Part shown: one piece after another, positions 24,762 to 27,333 of the stretch | Position numbering within the stretch: position 1 is the first letter of the stretch | Layout: every line of letters starts with the position of its first letter | Virus record (IMG/VR): IMGVR_UViG_3300017700_000269 | Coordinates: 1-27,333 of that record | Source: a virus | Taxonomy: Duplodnaviria > Caudoviricetes | Direction: 5' to 3' (one strand) | DNA length: 27,333 nucleotides | Position numbers and translations under genes: made by a program | The notes under the pieces: generated by a model | What the model was told of the DNA's origin: nothing | What the model saw: only the letters and a program-made list of their open reading frames with translations | The model's database searches: none

Positions 24762-25192
24762 TCGACGATTCCCCTGCGCGTGTTTTCTCGGACGAACGCG
24801 TCGACCACGGCGTCGTGCCATGGGTGCAGGCGATCGACCGCGGATCTGTCCTTCGCGACCCAGTAGAAGCGGTCCAGCCAGTCGACGTAGCTCAGAACCT
24901 CCCCGTAGCCGACGCCGCATCGACGCGCGACGGCGAGGTAGGGGAACGAAACGCTGGCCGACGGAAGCGAGTCGACGATGACGTGGCCGGCGACGTCCAG
25001 GCGCAGGCCTTCGTGGTCGGCGGCGAACTCTCCGGCGATCTTTTTGCCGTGCTCGCCGTGGATCGCCGACATGTCCCAAACCTGCCAGCCGGCGGTTCGG
25101 CAGCAGCGGACGTCGATCATGAACGGCAGGTCGAAGACCGACGTCCGCGGGATGTGCGTCGTCGTGACGTGCAGGTCGTGGTAGCTCGGCAT
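24758..25192 (-). CDS. Hypothetical protein (144 aa)
   Basis: SD AGGAG before ATG; coupled to the downstream gene. Confidence 0.7.
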   Translation of the reverse strand: MPSYHDLHVTTTHIPRTSVFDLPFMIDVRCCRTAGWQVWDMSAIHGEHGKKIAGEFAADHEGLRLDVAGHVIVDSLPSASVSFPYLAVARRCGVGYGEVLSYVDWLDRFYWVAKDRSAVDRLHPWHDAVVDAFVRENTRRGIVE

Positions 25193-25212
25193 CTTTGTCT
25201 CCTGTTGAACGG

Positions 25213-25252
25213 AAGGGAAAGGTGGGGCCGGTCCTCTCCCGAGACCGGCCCC
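25213..25252 (-). terminator. Possible terminator/processing hairpin
   Basis: Perfect 10-bp stem GGGGCCGGTC (25224-25233) / GACCGGCCCC (25243-25252). On the - strand it is followed by CTTTCCCTT, a weak U-tract. Confidence 0.45.
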
Positions 25253-25303
25253 GCGGGTTAGCCTGCCGGCGACGGAGGACGCGCACCGGCAGACGCCCGA
25301 TCT

Positions 25304-25696
25304 CTACTCGTCCGGCGCGGCCGCGAGCTGGACGAGGCGAACGTTGACGCTTGTGCCGTTGCGATGGATCCCGAACCGCGCGGTCAGCTGCAGCGCGATC
25401 TGGCGATACCCGAGTCCCTGCTTCCGCAGATCCTGGATGAAAGCGTCGTGCTCCTCGGTGTAGGGGTGAACCGTGACGCCGTTGCGCTGGTAGGTTCGCG
25501 TCGCCCGCCCGGGCTTACGCTCGACGAGCCCGCGGGTCAGCATGAACCACGCCACCGTCGCCGGGTGGCGGTTGATCTTGGCCGCGATCTTCCCGGGCGT
25601 CGGCCTCAACATGCTGGCGGCAAGCTGCTCGATGGTCGCTTTGTCGGCCGGCGTCATGCGCCCGCGAACTATCTCGTGCTTCAGGACCGCGCCCAT
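25304..25696 (-). CDS. Putative DNA-binding protein with two HTH/Myb-like units
   Basis: 130 aa, basic. Segments TPGKIAAKINRHPATVAW and YTEEHDAFIQDLRKQGLGYRQIA.QL......R...SV..RL. Confidence 0.65.
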   Translation of the reverse strand: MGAVLKHEIVRGRMTPADKATIEQLAASMLRPTPGKIAAKINRHPATVAWFMLTRGLVERKPGRATRTYQRNGVTVHPYTEEHDAFIQDLRKQGLGYRQIALQLTARFGIHRNGTSVNVRLVQLAAAPDE

Positions 25697-26322
25697 CACA
25701 GATCTCCGCGCAGGCTGGCCAAAGCCTCGTCGCGGGCTTTGACCAGCGCGTTCATGTCGATCGGCATGTTGCGGTGGTCGTGGGTGCGGCGCGCCATCTC
25801 TTTGAAAGCGTCGATGACGGCCTGTTTCGTGTGGGTGCGCGGGTCGGACGGAACCCCGAGGATCTGCCAGCAGCTGTCCGGCGCCGGCAGCGCGTCGAAC
25901 CCGGCGAAAGCCTTGTCCTGGATCACCTTGCCGCCGTGGCGCTCGATCGCGCGCATGGCCTCGAGCGTGGCGGCGACGGCGGCGATGTTGTCGGCAACGC
26001 GCGTGTAGATGTCGATCGCCATGTTGCGAGTTTTGCCGCCCGACGTCTCCCAATAGACGGACACGCCGGGATCTCCGGGCTCGCCCTGGTCAGCGCGCGG
26101 TAGCCCGCTCACGCCCACGTTCAGGTTCGTGGAGATGACCACGTCGACGTCGTGGTCGCGAACGCCGTGTCGCGCGAGCTCGTCGCGCAGGCGGCGCGTC
26201 GCCTCGGTCATGTTCAGGCTGCGGAACCCCCCCGATTCGCGTCGAGCGCCGAACTGCGCAAGCTTGCGCGCGGTCGTCTTGGGGTAGCCTTGCGGCCATT
26301 GCAGGGGCGTCTTGAAAACCAC
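25696..26322 (-). CDS. Phage protein with C-terminal J-domain-like region
   Basis: GTG start with SD GGAGG. Motifs PLQWP.G.P, VVISTN, DPGV.VYW, DNIAAVAATLEAMRAIERHG and AFAGF.ALPAP...WQILGV...A.DEAL. Confidence 0.8.
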   Translation of the reverse strand: MVFKTPLQWPQGYPKTTARKLAQFGARRESGGFRSLNMTEATRRLRDELARHGVRDHDVDVVISTNLNVGVSGLPRADQGEPGDPGVSVYWETSGGKTRNMAIDIYTRVADNIAAVAATLEAMRAIERHGGKVIQDKAFAGFDALPAPDSCWQILGVPSDPRTHTKQAVIDAFKEMARRTHDHRNMPIDMNALVKARDEALASLRGDL

Positions 26323-26351
26323 GATCGTTCCTCCGTCGTTCGGTTAAGGGC

Positions 26352-26378
26352 CGGGGCGACGCATGACACGTCGCCCCG
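26352..26378. promoter_or_regulatory. Intergenic perfect inverted repeat
   Basis: CGGGGCGACG, 7-nt loop, CGTCGCCCCG; no U-tract on either strand. Confidence 0.5.
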
Positions 26379-26385
26379 CGGCTGT

Positions 26386-27333
26386 CTACTTGACCTTCTT
26401 TTTCGCGGCCTTCTTCGCCGGCTTTTTGACGGGATCGACCGGCTTCAAATTCTCCTTCAGGATCTTCTTGGACTGGTCCGTGATGCTTTTCTGCTGCGCC
26501 TTCGATAGCATCGACGGCGGTTTCTTCGGGGCCTTGCCTGGCTTGCCCGCGACGGCAGCAGGCGCTTTCTTCACCGGCGCCGCGTCACGCTCGACCGGCC
26601 CGGTGTAGTGGACCGTGCGCAGCTCTTTCGGAAGCCAGCCGACGGAGGCGACGTTGTTCATCGCGAACGCCACCGCGTCGGCCTTGCCCATCTTCGCGAC
26701 CTTGGCGGCGTAGTCTTCGCCCATGACGGTCAGGGTCGCGTCGGCGATGCCGGCCACGCTGATCGACGCGAAGTAGTCCTGCGCGTCGAAGTGCTCGGCG
26801 ATCGCCTTCCTGACGACGTCGGGCTTCAGCGCGGCGAGCAGCGAGGGGAGCGCCTCGAACTTGAGGCTCTCGATGCCGACCTTCACCGCCTGCTGCGCGA
26901 CCTTCATCAGCATCGACATGAGCTCCGGCACGGTGGCCTTGCTCGTGCCGGCGAACACCTTCTCGAAGTCGGTGTCGGTGCCGCCGGACCCGCCGCCGAC
27001 CTTCACGTTCAGGACCTCGCCTCCGCTGGCGAAGGCGGCGACCAGCGCGGCCGCCGCGATGCGCGCGTCGCTGGCGATCATGTGGGACACGGCGCCGTTC
27101 AGGCTCTGCGACAGACGGTCGGCCAGCTTCGCGCTGATCACGGCGACCTCGCCGGGCTTCGCCGGCGGCTTGGCGCTGAACTCGTTGCTGGAGCCGGACA
27201 AAGACGCCTTCGCGGCGGTGCGCTCCTGCGGCTTGACCCGCCCGTACTCGATCTTCAGCTTGCCCTCGTGGGAGATCGACAGGATGCACCCGGACCGTTT
27301 GCGCATCTCGGGCGTGAAGGTCCGCGCCATGGC
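26386..27333 (-). CDS. C-terminal part of a ParB/RepB/Spo0J-like protein (5' truncated) with Lys/Ala-rich tail
   Basis: Frame is open to the window edge. GCILSISHEGKL.IEYG.VKP and DYF...S...I.....AKM.KADA...A......GWLP.ELRT resemble the C-terminus of long alphaproteobacterial plasmid/ICE ParB-family proteins. The ParB N-domain is not in the window. Confidence 0.6.
   Translation of the reverse strand, partial: AMARTFTPEMRKRSGCILSISHEGKLKIEYGRVKPQERTAAKASLSGSSNEFSAKPPAKPGEVAVISAKLADRLSQSLNGAVSHMIASDARIAAAALVAAFASGGEVLNVKVGGGSGGTDTDFEKVFAGTSKATVPELMSMLMKVAQQAVKVGIESLKFEALPSLLAALKPDVVRKAIAEHFDAQDYFASISVAGIADATLTVMGEDYAAKVAKMGKADAVAFAMNNVASVGWLPKELRTVHYTGPVERDAAPVKKAPAAVAGKPGKAPKKPPSMLSKAQQKSITDQSKKILKENLKPVDPVKKPAKKAAKKKVK

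Noticed and set aside
1-27333. CRISPR arrays, tRNAs, stop-codon recoding, or a tailocin/contractile injection system
   Set aside because: No arrays or cloverleaf structures were noticed by eye, all three stop codons end genes normally, and capsid and neck genes indicate a true phage.

Overview
This window is part of a high-GC tailed phage or prophage with a contractile tail. Gene order and protein families resemble Bcep781/Aaphi23/PB1-type myoviruses, and the tail-collar and ParB-like proteins suggest an alphaproteobacterial (Hyphomicrobiales-like) host. All family assignments come from recognising motifs by eye; no searches were run. The + strand (1-23705) carries the late operon: end of a capsid decoration gene, major capsid, neck genes, sheath, tube, tail chaperone with a -1 frameshift, short tape measure with a muralytic domain, baseplate, two fibres and a 7-gene lysis/membrane cluster. 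The - strand (23716-27333) carries converging accessory genes, including a J-domain-like protein and the C-terminus of a ParB-like protein. The most unusual signals are: (i) three Cys-rich proteins of the virion module, one a 902-aa fibre, with classical Sec signal peptides; (ii) recurrent hairpins burying ribosome-binding sites, several overlapping a repeated TGC-N18-GCTA promoter-like motif; (iii) one ~65-aa beta module found in the decoration, sheath and baseplate-J proteins.
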